Shown here piece after piece: positions 53,259 to 62,995 of a stretch of DNA of 64,000 nt. Both the position numbers and the translations under genes were made by a program. The stretch is from Aestuariivirga sp. (GTDB taxonomy: Bacteria; Pseudomonadota; Alphaproteobacteria; Rhizobiales; Aestuariivirgaceae). The stretch is from assembly GCA_043744395.1 (NCBI GenBank), contig JAYTUV010000055.1, forward strand, positions 62,247 to 126,246. Direction: 5' to 3'. How positions within the stretch are numbered: the first letter of the stretch is position 1; every line of letters begins with the position of its first letter. The notes under the pieces are model-generated. The model saw only the letters and a list, made by a program, of their open reading frames with translations. It ran no database searches and was not told the DNA's origin.

Positions 53259-54692
53259 CTAAGCGTTCCTGCTAGCGATCGCTTCAAATTCAATTTTTTT
53301 TCGGTAAAGCGTTGAAGCACCAATTTCAAGATACGCAGCTGCTCTTGTGACGTTTCCATCACAAATGCGCAAAGCATTTAAGATTGCGTCACGTTCAATC
53401 TTCCAGAGTGGGAGAACGTGATCGCGCGATTTTGAAGATGTTTCAGACGACTCATTCAAACTGTTGTTAGAAGTTATTGGCCTCGCCGCCGTCGGTGCCT
53501 GCGTATCATCAATCCATTTCGGCAACATTGCCAATTCAATCACTTTACCATGATTTAAAACGACAGCATTTCGCAATGCATTTTGAAGTTCGCGAATATT
53601 CCCCGGCCAATTGTAACTAGAAATTTTTTCTTCGGCTTCCGAAGAAAAAGTTAGGAAGTTTTTATTCTCTTCTTTGGAAAACCGTACAAGCATGCGTTGA
53701 GCAATAAGCATGATATCCTCGCCACGCTCTCGCAGCGGCGGCAAATGCATTGGAATAACATGCAGTCGGTAGTATAGATCTTCGCGGAATCGACCCTCGG
53801 CGACCTCAGTTCTTGGATCCCTGTTGGTCGCGCAAACAACGCGCAAATTTGAATGTTCAGTCTTACTAGACCCAACGCGTTGATAGCTGCCAGTTTGAAT
53901 GAGCCGCAACAGCTTGGCCTGCAAATCAAATTCCATTTCACAAATTTCATCGAGAAAAAGCGTGCCACCATCTGCTTCCATTGCCGCGCCAACGCGGTCC
54001 GAAGTGGCACCGCTAAAGGCACCCTTAACATGCCCAAATATTTCTGACTCCATTAGTCCATGGGGTATCGCCGCGCAGTTGATTGGGACGAAGGCTTTCT
54101 TTGCACGATCACTTACGTTGTGAATAGCTGAAGCACAGAGTTCTTTTCCAGTTCCACTCTCACCCGTAATGAAAACAGTAGCCTGCGACGGTGCTGCACT
54201 TTCAATCATACGATAGACAAGTTGCATTGGTGCTGACTCACCATAGAACCCGTGAAAAGTATCTCGCACGACTCCGGTTCTCGTCGAAGATACGGCTGGC
54301 GTTGGCGCGGAGCTGGCTAATGCGTTACGAACTGCCGTGCAAATTCTTTCGGCGTTAAGCGGTTTTACAACATAATCAAATGCTCCCATTCGCATCGCTT
54401 CAATTGCTGTTCCCAGAGAGGCGTTACTTGTAATTACGATAACTGATGTGTCCGGATGCTCCGCCCGCACGCGCGCCAGGATGCCCAGCCCTTCTGAATC
54501 CGGTAAGCCGAGGTCCAAAATTAAGACCTTGGGGGGGCTGTCTGCGAATGCGGCGAGACATTTGGCGCCGGTATCGACGGCCAAAACTGGCGTATCAATT
54601 GACCTTAAATATTGCAGATACACCGTAGCCAGCGGTGGCATATCCTCCACCAACAAAATACGATCTAAACCTGAATTGCCACTAACCATCAC
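53259..54692 (-). CDS. sigma-54-dependent response regulator (NtrC family: REC-AAA+-Fis HTH)
   Basis: REC 'VLILDLGLPD'. Walker A 'GESGTGKE'. 'GAFSGA' (GAFTGA variant). 'TLFLDEI', 'RFREDLYYRL'. C-terminal HTH 'GNVTRAAAYLEIGASTLYRK'. Confidence 0.92.
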   Translation of the reverse strand: MMVSGNSGLDRILLVEDMPPLATVYLQYLRSIDTPVLAVDTGAKCLAAFADSPPKVLILDLGLPDSEGLGILARVRAEHPDTSVIVITSNASLGTAIEAMRMGAFDYVVKPLNAERICTAVRNALASSAPTPAVSSTRTGVVRDTFHGFYGESAPMQLVYRMIESAAPSQATVFITGESGTGKELCASAIHNVSDRAKKAFVPINCAAIPHGLMESEIFGHVKGAFSGATSDRVGAAMEADGGTLFLDEICEMEFDLQAKLLRLIQTGSYQRVGSSKTEHSNLRVVCATNRDPRTEVAEGRFREDLYYRLHVIPMHLPPLRERGEDIMLIAQRMLVRFSKEENKNFLTFSSEAEEKISSYNWPGNIRELQNALRNAVVLNHGKVIELAMLPKWIDDTQAPTAARPITSNNSLNESSETSSKSRDHVLPLWKIERDAILNALRICDGNVTRAAAYLEIGASTLYRKKIEFEAIASRNA

Positions 54693-54843
54693 CTGTTCCC
54701 TGCTTTGTTCAACAGTTTTGGTTTAGCAATTTTTGATTGCAATATTATTAACTAAAGCAACTTTTAGTAGTTATCAGGATTTTTTCTCATAGATTGTTTG
54801 AAAACAGAGTAAAATTTTAAATGATCAGAAGCTTACGGCCAAA

Positions 54844-55743
54844 TCAGGCGCAAATCTTAAGGCCATGTTTGGCAATGATCCGACGGTCTTTAAAGTTTGT
54901 AAGGACGCGTCTTTTGATACAATAGATATTAGAACCGTCCAGAACCGAGTCTATAATCGCAACACCTTTACCAACATAAGTACCGGGCATAATGATGCTG
55001 TTACGAAGAGTAGCACCTTTATCAATGATTGTTTCATCGCCAATAACAGTAAACGGTCCCAGCTCCACACCCTTCTCAATCAAACAATTCTTTCCGATCA
55101 CCACACTTCGAGCGGGGGCACGCTCAAACAATGCCTTCGTGCCAAGACCAATCATAATATGATCAGGAGTAGCCCTGCCAGCTGTTCGCACACCGGGCAC
55201 AAGGCCATTCAGCGCCATAATATTTGCGCTGTGAAAAGTCGAAGGCGTATCAATTAAACAGGGATGAAGCCTGCAGGTTGCACTGACATTTTCCCAAGAA
55301 ATGCCCGTAACGCCTGCTCCTCCTCCACTGGGAAGAGCAATTCCAAGCGCTGTGTAAATGTCGGCAGTTGATTGCCGATCGCCGCGCTTTACGGCTTCTT
55401 CAAGAATTCCAAACGGCCGCAGAATGTCGCCTCTTACCATAACCCAAGAATCCCCCAAAATTGAGACAGCTCGGGCAATCGCCGTTAAGTTTTTCAGCGG
55501 GATGTCTGATACGATGTGATCTATGACCATGCCCCACCTACTGCCAGTTCCAATGTGTGTTTCAATAGTGCGATCGCCTGTGGCAGAAAGTATTGTAGCC
55601 GTGCGCACTCCAATGCCGAACAGTTCTTCAATCGTAATATCGATCAGCGGTTTGTTACCAATGGGCAACATTGCAACGGGACGGTCTTGGGTGAAAGGAC
55701 TCAACTCTTCACCTTTTCTATCGGCAAAAATTATCGCGTGCAT
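54844..55743 (-). CDS. nucleotidyltransferase (NDP-sugar pyrophosphorylase-like) with C-terminal hexapeptide-repeat region
   Basis: N-terminus 'MHAIIFADRKGEELSPFTQDRPVAMLPIGNKPLIDITIEEL' is NTP_transferase-like. The C-terminus 'VVIGKNCLIEKGVELGPFTVIGDETIIDKGATL' is LbH-like. Confidence 0.7.
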   Translation of the reverse strand: MHAIIFADRKGEELSPFTQDRPVAMLPIGNKPLIDITIEELFGIGVRTATILSATGDRTIETHIGTGSRWGMVIDHIVSDIPLKNLTAIARAVSILGDSWVMVRGDILRPFGILEEAVKRGDRQSTADIYTALGIALPSGGGAGVTGISWENVSATCRLHPCLIDTPSTFHSANIMALNGLVPGVRTAGRATPDHIMIGLGTKALFERAPARSVVIGKNCLIEKGVELGPFTVIGDETIIDKGATLRNSIIMPGTYVGKGVAIIDSVLDGSNIYCIKRRVLTNFKDRRIIAKHGLKICA

Positions 55744-55768
55744 AATTGATTACTCCAATTGAGGTTTA

Positions 55769-57301
55769 TTAGTAGGCACCCTTGCCAGACAAAATTGCCG
55801 GCAAAGTGCGCAAAATCAAATTAATGTCAGAGGAAATTGAAGGCGAAAAAACATAATCAAGATCCATTTCAACCTGCCTTTCCCAAGGTACTTCAGCACG
55901 ACCAGAGACTTGCCAAATGCAGGTAATTCCGGGCTTGGTGTCTAGGCGGCCAAATTCGTGTATTCTATATTTTGCGACTTCATTTTCAAGATTTGGCCGA
56001 GGCCCGACAATCGACATTGAGCCCATAAAAACATTTAAAAGTTGAGGCAGCTCATCAATCGAGGCGCGGCGAATGACCCGACCTACACGCGTAACGCGCG
56101 GATCAAGCTTCATTTTAAAATGCGAACCGTTTCGGTCGCTTTGGGCTAAGAGTGCTGCTCTGCGCGCTTCGGCATCAACAAACATGGAGCGAAATTTCCA
56201 CATGCGAAAACGACTGCCACCTTGGCCTACGCGCTTTTGCGAAAAGAACACAGGGCCTGGTGATTCTAATTTGATTGCAATTGCTATCAAAATGAAAAAT
56301 GGAGCCAACACCATCATGCCCACGCCTGCAAGAAGCATATCAAGTAACCGTTTTGTATTCGCAAAAAGCCTCTGCTTCATTTTCCACATTAGTGGAATGG
56401 CCCTAGCACTTAGGTTTGCCGAGCCAACACTCCAAGCAAACTTCGACTGATTTTTAATTACATTCTGTTCACGCCAGCAACGGTAAAGGAATAACGGATT
56501 TCCAAGAAAATATCTGCGCCACATCCTCGAGGGTTCTTGGAAAAACCGCCAAATCCATTCAAAACCTGCCTCGCGCAACCCCAACGGAGCTCGTGAAATT
56601 CTGTTGCTGTAGAAATCAAATAGGCCCCCAACACCAATTGCCACGCTCGGAGCCAGCTTTGAACGATTGGTTTCAATCCACATTTCTTGACGAGGAGCGC
56701 CCAAACCAACCAGCAGAATATTGGCATTTGAAGCATTTATCGCGGCAATAACATTGTCAGTTTCGTCAGCTGCAAAATAGCCGTCTTGAGTTCCAACAAT
56801 ATTGAGTGCTGGATATTTTTGTTTCATGTTTTCAGCAACAGTTGCTGCCACTCCTGGTGATGAGCCCAGGAGAAACATCGACAAGTTTTTTTCCGAAGCT
56901 TCTTTGCAAAGCAGCGGAAACATATCTGTTCCATTTACATTGCCTGCAACACTGATACCGCGCATGAGGCCAGCCACTCGAATTCCACTTCCGTCGGAAA
57001 ATACCATTGATTGACGCGACAGCACGCGGCTATAGGCTGCGTTATTCCTCGCACGGTTCAAGCAATCAGCGTTTACAAACGCAAAAGACCGTTTCGCGGT
57101 TTCACCTGCGCATTCAACAATTTTATCCAAAGCTTGCGACATTGTTAAATTATTGATTTCAACACCCATCATGCGAAACGCGGATGGCTGGTGACCAAGC
57201 TTTGCAGTCATCAACCATTGAAGCCCTCGTTTTAAGACCTGAGCAGGCTTTATAGACAAAGTTATATGCTCAGAATTCCTGAGTTCGAATATAGTTTCCA
57301 T
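55769..57301 (-). CDS. fusion protein: WecG/TagA/CpsF (GT26) glycosyltransferase + bacterial sugar transferase (polyprenyl-phosphate phosphoglycosyltransferase)
   Basis: The N-terminal half 'FVNADCLNRA...VFSDGSGIRVA...LLGSSPGVA...ILLVGLGAPRQEMW...IGVGGLFDF' is GT26-like. The C-terminal half 'KRLLDMLLAGVGMMVLAPFFILIAIAIKLESPGPVFFSQKRVG...RMWKFRSM...DPRVTRVGRVIRRASIDELPQLLNVFMGSMSIVGPRP' is WbaP/ExoY-like. Confidence 0.85.
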   Translation of the reverse strand: METIFELRNSEHITLSIKPAQVLKRGLQWLMTAKLGHQPSAFRMMGVEINNLTMSQALDKIVECAGETAKRSFAFVNADCLNRARNNAAYSRVLSRQSMVFSDGSGIRVAGLMRGISVAGNVNGTDMFPLLCKEASEKNLSMFLLGSSPGVAATVAENMKQKYPALNIVGTQDGYFAADETDNVIAAINASNANILLVGLGAPRQEMWIETNRSKLAPSVAIGVGGLFDFYSNRISRAPLGLREAGFEWIWRFFQEPSRMWRRYFLGNPLFLYRCWREQNVIKNQSKFAWSVGSANLSARAIPLMWKMKQRLFANTKRLLDMLLAGVGMMVLAPFFILIAIAIKLESPGPVFFSQKRVGQGGSRFRMWKFRSMFVDAEARRAALLAQSDRNGSHFKMKLDPRVTRVGRVIRRASIDELPQLLNVFMGSMSIVGPRPNLENEVAKYRIHEFGRLDTKPGITCIWQVSGRAEVPWERQVEMDLDYVFSPSISSDINLILRTLPAILSGKGAY

Positions 57302-57345
57302 TTAGATGCGCCTTCCTGTTTAGTTTTTTAGTTGGAAATATCGTC

Positions 57346-57360
57346 GCAAGGGCTGTGCCT
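57346..57360 (-). promoter_or_regulatory. candidate sigma-54 (-24/-12) promoter for the minus-strand polysaccharide operon
   Basis: Minus strand reads AGGCAC-AGCCC-TTGCG against the consensus TGGCAC-N5-TTGCW. The GC element is about 45 nt upstream of ATG 57301, with AGGAAGG (RBS) between them. Confidence 0.65.
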
Positions 57361-57569
57361 ATTTCTAAATTCAATCAAGCCATTGAAATAACTGGTCTTG
57401 GCCTAAACGAAAGTTTTCAAACTCTATTATCGGGACTCATAGTTGCTCCCAATTTGCCTCTCAAACCGAGAGCGGTCTGAAATTTATAACATCCCTAGAC
57501 AGCACGGCATTCAAACTAAGCGCATGATCAAACAGCTTATATTTCGAATTATGCAGAAAACCCACAGAG

Positions 57570-57584
57570 TGGCTCTGTTCTTGC
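57570..57584 (+). promoter_or_regulatory. candidate sigma-54 (-24/-12) promoter for the plus-strand polysaccharide operon
   Basis: TGGCTC-TGTTC-TTGCG with correct GG/GC spacing, about 37 nt upstream of ATG 57621. It shares the extended TTGCGAC with the divergent promoter. Confidence 0.65.
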
Positions 57585-57620
57585 GACAACGTTTGGTGAT
57601 GCAACAAAACGGGCTCGAGC

Positions 57621-58667
57621 ATGAAAATCGGACTTATCAATCTCTATTCCACACGCAATCTTGGAGACGCGGCAATTTACGCGGCATTGGCAAAAATGAG
57701 CCCCGGTGGAAAGGTGGCAGGTAGGTTAGACGAAGAAAATCCAACATTTATCAAAGGCTTTTCCATCGAGTCTAGTCTTGCTGATTGTTCAAGTTTTGTG
57801 AGTGTCGGAGGAGATATTTTTAACAACGCGCGACCAAATCTGATCACCCGTCGTTTTTTATCAAATGTTCGCGCATTAAATTTCAAGCACGATCGCACCC
57901 TGCTTTTTGGCCAATCCATTCCTCGGTCATGCAAAGGCCTTTCATTCGCTCTGTTATCAAATCGAATTAAGAAAATTGCTGCGACAGTTGTCAGAGATGA
58001 AGAGAGCTACAAGCGGTTGAAGCAAGTTGGTGTGTCTGTTGAACTTTCTTATGACACAGCGTTTGTTTTAAAAACAACTCAGTCCGCTCAACACGCAGCT
58101 GCATCGCTTTTTTCCAGTCAAGGTTTGGATCCCACGCGCACAGCCGTGATTTCACTGAGAAATGAAAGCTCGATGTATGGTGATTCAGGTAGTGAGAAGC
58201 AGCTCATTGAAATTTGCAAACGACTTCAAGCGCGTGGACATCAGGTTGCTTTGGTCATTCAAGCAGATGGAGATATGGCAGATACCGATCGTACTCTGGC
58301 GATGCGCATCCAAAAAGCCTGCCCGAAGAGTTTAATTCTTGATCCATTTTTAGCTGCTCCACCACTTGAGCCTTGGGCCCTGCTGACAGCAATTTTTGCA
58401 TTAACAAACATTGTTGTCGCGGTTCGCTACCACGCAGCAATTTTGCGGTTGATCACTGGTCGTAAATGCTACGTTTTACATTATTCAAATAAAGGCAATG
58501 ACCTTTGTCAAAGGTTGGGTTTGGTCGGAAGTGCACTGGGCGGTGAAGTTGATGACGCGATGATTAGAGCCATTGAGAGGAGCAGTCTGGCCCAGTTCGA
58601 TTCTGCTCCTTTTTCTTCTCATGTCAGTGAAAGTTTTGCAAAGGGCCTAGCCCTCGCTTCGGCATGA
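57621..58667 (+). CDS. polysaccharide pyruvyl transferase family protein
   Basis: N-terminus 'MKIGLINLYSTRNLGDAAIYAAL' and 'VRYHAAIL' are typical of PS_pyruv_trans (CsaB/WcaK-like). Confidence 0.75.
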   Translation: MKIGLINLYSTRNLGDAAIYAALAKMSPGGKVAGRLDEENPTFIKGFSIESSLADCSSFVSVGGDIFNNARPNLITRRFLSNVRALNFKHDRTLLFGQSIPRSCKGLSFALLSNRIKKIAATVVRDEESYKRLKQVGVSVELSYDTAFVLKTTQSAQHAAASLFSSQGLDPTRTAVISLRNESSMYGDSGSEKQLIEICKRLQARGHQVALVIQADGDMADTDRTLAMRIQKACPKSLILDPFLAAPPLEPWALLTAIFALTNIVVAVRYHAAILRLITGRKCYVLHYSNKGNDLCQRLGLVGSALGGEVDDAMIRAIERSSLAQFDSAPFSSHVSESFAKGLALASA

Positions 58668-59935
58668 AGTCGACGATGACTCTCGCAAATGTAACAACCG
58701 AGAAACCACCGATCTCAAGATTATTTGGTGCACTTGGCACACTAGGAGGCGCGGAAATGGTCAATCGCGTAACTCGAATTTTAACAGCGGTAGCACTATC
58801 AAGAGTGCTTGGGCCAAAGGAATTTGGCGTAGCCGCGATCGTCCTGACGAGCTCTGAGTTCATCCGCATTTTCACGCAAACCGGAATTGGCGCACGTATC
58901 ATTTCAGCATCGGCCACAGAGCTCGAAAAAGTTTGCACTGCCGCCTACCGACTAAATTATCTTTTATACAGCACAATATTGTTGGTTCAGCTTGTTCTTG
59001 CTTGGCCGATTGCTTTTGCATATGGCGACCAGTCAATTGCGGGCTACATCGCCGTGCTCGCTATTCCCTATGCACTTTTTCCAGCCGCGTCGGTGCAGGT
59101 CTACCGCGTTCAGCGGAACGCGCGAATGACAGCTACGGCCATAATGTCCATCATTCTAGTCTCAGGAGATAACATTCTAGCAGCCCTATTTGCTTTTTCA
59201 GGTTTTGGGCTGTGGTCAATTGTCATTCCAAAAATCATCGTCGCAATTATTTGGGTTGCTGCATATCGCAAACTCGACAACTGGCGTCCAAATTCCAAAC
59301 CAGATATTGTCGCATTAAGTGAAACATGGCGCTTTGGGCGCACAGTATTGTTCACCGAACTCCTATCCGCACTGCGCCTTCAAGGCGACAAATTGATAAT
59401 CGGCCAACTGATGGGCTTATCATTGCTTGGCACATATTATTTTGCGTTCAACGCTGGCCTCGGAATAACGACAGCGCTCATTACGGCCTGCAGTGCTGCC
59501 CTATTACCCTACTTTGCAAATATGCCGAAAGGTGCCGCTCTCAAGTTACAGTTCATTAAAGTGACAGGCTTGTTATACATGCTGTTGTTGCCAATCTTTG
59601 CTCTGCAAATCGGCCTTGCACCTTGGTATGTCCCGATTGTATTTGGTCAAAAATGGGCAGCCGATGTTACGTTGATGATGGTGCTGTGCGCCAGTGGAAT
59701 ACCCTTCGTACTGTGGCGAGCCACATCAATGCTTCTGCGTGCAGTCAAAAAGCCCGCCTTTGAATTTCGATTCACTTTAGCACTCACGATTGTCAGTCTC
59801 AGTTGCTTGTGTGTCACTGCCCATCTGGGACTATTTGCCATTGCTCTCGCACAACTCTTCATCAATTCAATTTTCTGCCCAGTCTTCACAATCATCACAC
59901 TTAAACATTTATCAAAGGAAGCGTCATATGAATAA
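58664..59935 (+). CDS. oligosaccharide flippase (Wzx, MOP superfamily)
   Basis: 423 aa polytopic protein. 'VNRVTRILTAVALSRVLGPKEFGVAA' is a typical Wzx N-terminus. ATGA overlap with the upstream gene. Confidence 0.8.
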   Translation: MKSTMTLANVTTEKPPISRLFGALGTLGGAEMVNRVTRILTAVALSRVLGPKEFGVAAIVLTSSEFIRIFTQTGIGARIISASATELEKVCTAAYRLNYLLYSTILLVQLVLAWPIAFAYGDQSIAGYIAVLAIPYALFPAASVQVYRVQRNARMTATAIMSIILVSGDNILAALFAFSGFGLWSIVIPKIIVAIIWVAAYRKLDNWRPNSKPDIVALSETWRFGRTVLFTELLSALRLQGDKLIIGQLMGLSLLGTYYFAFNAGLGITTALITACSAALLPYFANMPKGAALKLQFIKVTGLLYMLLLPIFALQIGLAPWYVPIVFGQKWAADVTLMMVLCASGIPFVLWRATSMLLRAVKKPAFEFRFTLALTIVSLSCLCVTAHLGLFAIALAQLFINSIFCPVFTIITLKHLSKEASYE

Positions 59936-60812
59936 GCCAGCCATTTCAGTTGTTATCCCATGTTTCAACGCAAAAAAATTTTTGAGTGAGACACTAGCAG
60001 CACTTCGGGCTCAAAGTTTTACCGACTGGGAAGCAATAGTTATCGATGACGGTTCTACCGACAATTCCTCTGATATTGCATGGGGTCTTTCTCAAGCTGA
60101 CAAAAGGATAGGTGTTTGTTGGCAAACGAATTGGGGGGTGTCACTCAGTCGAAATCGCGGTGTCGAGCTGGCAAAAGCCGATATTATAGCATTCCTTGAT
60201 GCTGATGATATTTGGCATCCTAATTTTCTAAAGGAAATGTTTGCCTTCATGCAGGAAAAACCCGCAAGAGCTGTAGGATTTGCACGCGCCCGATTTGTTT
60301 CTCTAGAAGGAGTGGCAACAGGAGCCGTGAGCCGTTCTAAATTGACGAATCTCTCAACCGCAGATTTCTTGGCTGGCAACCCAACAACAACGTGTTCAAA
60401 CCTTGTGGTTCGCCGCGAGGCATTTCTTCAATCCGGTGGCTTTAAAAAGGGTCTTAATCATGCAGAAGATCAGCTTTGGCTACTGCAGATGCATTTGAGT
60501 GGCCAACTGATTGAGGGCCTCGACAAAATTCTATTGGATTACCGTACAAACAACACAGGCCTATCCTCGGACGTTGAAGCAATGCGTAAGGGCTGGGATG
60601 AAATGGTGACAACAGTTCAGTCAATGTACCCGGATGACATTACGTCCGCTTTGCCGAGTGCTCGTGCTCGAAATTTGCTCTATCTGGCAAGCCGCGCAAT
60701 GCGCACTGGTCAAGGGCTTCCAACCGCACTTTCCTATGTGCGCGACTCTTTAAAAGCAGATTGGCCCACCCTGCCCTTAGTAATTTCAGCCGCAATTCAA
60801 GCGCGTATTTAA
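59928..60812 (+). CDS. glycosyltransferase family 2
   Basis: 'ISVVIPCFNAKKFL', 'IVIDDGSTD', 'FLDADD'. The MNKPAIS start at 59928 overlaps the flippase stop by 8 nt. The 59790 extension lies inside the flippase gene. Confidence 0.88.
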   Translation: MNKPAISVVIPCFNAKKFLSETLAALRAQSFTDWEAIVIDDGSTDNSSDIAWGLSQADKRIGVCWQTNWGVSLSRNRGVELAKADIIAFLDADDIWHPNFLKEMFAFMQEKPARAVGFARARFVSLEGVATGAVSRSKLTNLSTADFLAGNPTTTCSNLVVRREAFLQSGGFKKGLNHAEDQLWLLQMHLSGQLIEGLDKILLDYRTNNTGLSSDVEAMRKGWDEMVTTVQSMYPDDITSALPSARARNLLYLASRAMRTGQGLPTALSYVRDSLKADWPTLPLVISAAIQARI

Positions 60813-60824
60813 ATAGGTTTCACC

Positions 60825-61802
60825 ATGCCAATAGTCACAGTCGTCATGCCCGTATATAATGTTGAAAAATTTATTGCGCGATCAATTGAGTCCGTTTTGC
60901 GTCAAACTTATAGTGACTTCGAACTCATCCTCGTAGACGATGGAGCTAATGATCAAAGCCTTGCAATATGTCAGAGCTTCGATGACTCTCGCATTCGCAT
61001 CATTTCCCAGAAAAACCGCGGTCTCGCGGGTGCCCGCAACACAGGGATTCGCAATGCCAATGGCCGCTATATTGCCCTGCTTGACTCTGACGACCTGTGG
61101 CATGAGGAAAAATTAGCCAGACACGTCAAACACCTCGATGATAATCCAACTGTTGGCGTAAGTTATTCTGGTAGCTTATTTATCGATGAGTCAGATGCCT
61201 CAATGGGCATTTCAATGACACCAAAATTGAAGCACATAGATGCTGCGCAAATTTTCTGCCGTAATCCAATTGGAAATGGTTCCGCTCCAGTAATTCGCAG
61301 AGAAGTCTTTAGCAACATTGCATTTTCGCAAACAATCAACGGGTCTATAGAATGGGGATATTTTGACGAGTCATTTCGCTTTGGCGAAGATATTGAATGC
61401 TGGATGCGCATCGCATGCAACACAAACTGGAAATTTGAAGGCATCCAAGGCAACTTGACGCTCTACAGAGTAGTCTCCGGTGGCCTGTCGGCCAATACAA
61501 CAAAGATGTATGAATTCTGGAACAAAATGTATGCCAAAGTAGAGACCTATGCACCGGAGATGACCTTGCGATATGGAAAAAAAGCCAGAGCCTACCAACT
61601 ACGTTACTATGCAAGACGCGCCGTGCGAGAAGGGCAAGGGCTGAAAGCGGTTGCAGCAATTGCAAGAGCCTTGAGTTACGCGCCAATCATTATACTTCAG
61701 GAACCTAAAAAAACTTTGATCACAATAATTGCTGCAATTCTGTCTGTCTTGTTACCCAAAAGTCTATTTCAGAAACTCGAATACAGCATCAACAGACGTT
61801 AG
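60825..61802 (+). CDS. glycosyltransferase family 2
   Basis: 'VTVVMPVYNVEKFI', 'ILVDDGAND', 'LLDSDD'. Confidence 0.88.
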   Translation: MPIVTVVMPVYNVEKFIARSIESVLRQTYSDFELILVDDGANDQSLAICQSFDDSRIRIISQKNRGLAGARNTGIRNANGRYIALLDSDDLWHEEKLARHVKHLDDNPTVGVSYSGSLFIDESDASMGISMTPKLKHIDAAQIFCRNPIGNGSAPVIRREVFSNIAFSQTINGSIEWGYFDESFRFGEDIECWMRIACNTNWKFEGIQGNLTLYRVVSGGLSANTTKMYEFWNKMYAKVETYAPEMTLRYGKKARAYQLRYYARRAVREGQGLKAVAAIARALSYAPIIILQEPKKTLITIIAAILSVLLPKSLFQKLEYSINRR

Positions 61803-61834
61803 CAGTTTGAGAACTAATCGAAATGTCCACTGTT

Positions 61835-62995
61835 TTATAATTTTCTACCGAGCGCAAGTTTACGAAACCAGTTGCGCCCCAGCACTTCAATCAAGTGATA
61901 ACTGACATACGAAACTCCAACCACTATTACTAACATAACAATCGACCACAGATCACCCTGAAGCGGTGTTAGACCAAGTAGCTTCACCTCAACTCCTTCA
62001 TGCGAACCAACTGATAGAATATTGTAATTCAGTTTTGATTGTATGAGCTGTGCGATATTTATCAACCGCGTCGCAACAAATAGATGCACCATGTATATGG
62101 AATACGAAAGTGTTCCAATTAACTGAAAGAATCTGTGGTGCAAGATTTGGCTAACAATTCCAGCTTCCTTTGCAAAGACCAATACCGCTGTCGCAAAAAA
62201 CAACGGCGCTAACACTGCATAGACTGATAGTCCGACAAGGGATACAAATGAGATTGCGGCCACAAGTACCAACAACTCTACAATGGAAGCGATAGCTCTT
62301 TCCAGGTGAACCGCAACTAACCATCTATGCCAAATTGAATACGAGAGGACGCCGACCGAAAAACCCACAATGCATCGAATCAAACCAAAGTCATATGTCG
62401 TATTCATTCCATGCGGGCTTGCCAAAGCTAGAAAAATTGAACCAGCACAAATCGCGCCAAAAAACAGAACTGAGCGCCAACGCGGGCAGTATACCACAAC
62501 CAAACCAAACAATAGATAAGTCCAAAACTCAGTCGCGATGCTCCAACCGGGTGTGTTCCATGTCAAAAAATCATAGATATTAAAAATTTGCAAAAGAAAG
62601 ATACTTGTCACTACTGTGTCAATCGACTGCCGCGGCGGCGAAAACGGGGCAGCACGTCCCATCGCACCGAAAGCTGGCAGCATGACTTGCAATAGCTCAA
62701 AGCCAATAAAAGCTGCCAGCATAGTAACATAGAGCGGGTAGAGCCTGCCAAATCGCAGCAGCATAAATTTGAAAAGGCCAAAACCTTTTGCAAGTCGCTC
62801 CTCATAATTTGCCGCAATAACAAACCCCGACAGCACGAAAAAAAAATCTACAAATAGAAATGCGTCTTTGAAGAACGTAAAGTTTCCAAAATCACTCAGC
62901 ACTTGCATGTGCAACAGCGAGACAAGCAGCGCACAAATCCCGCGCCAACTATCCAGAGCCTTAAATCGATTTGGCGTTGATATGTTGTTGGTCAT
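61835..62995 (-). CDS. acyltransferase family 3 (polysaccharide O-acyltransferase)
   Basis: 'LDSWRGICALLVSLLHM' followed by about 10 TM segments, typical of Acyl_transf_3. Confidence 0.85.
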   Translation of the reverse strand: MTNNISTPNRFKALDSWRGICALLVSLLHMQVLSDFGNFTFFKDAFLFVDFFFVLSGFVIAANYEERLAKGFGLFKFMLLRFGRLYPLYVTMLAAFIGFELLQVMLPAFGAMGRAAPFSPPRQSIDTVVTSIFLLQIFNIYDFLTWNTPGWSIATEFWTYLLFGLVVVYCPRWRSVLFFGAICAGSIFLALASPHGMNTTYDFGLIRCIVGFSVGVLSYSIWHRWLVAVHLERAIASIVELLVLVAAISFVSLVGLSVYAVLAPLFFATAVLVFAKEAGIVSQILHHRFFQLIGTLSYSIYMVHLFVATRLINIAQLIQSKLNYNILSVGSHEGVEVKLLGLTPLQGDLWSIVMLVIVVGVSYVSYHLIEVLGRNWFRKLALGRKL

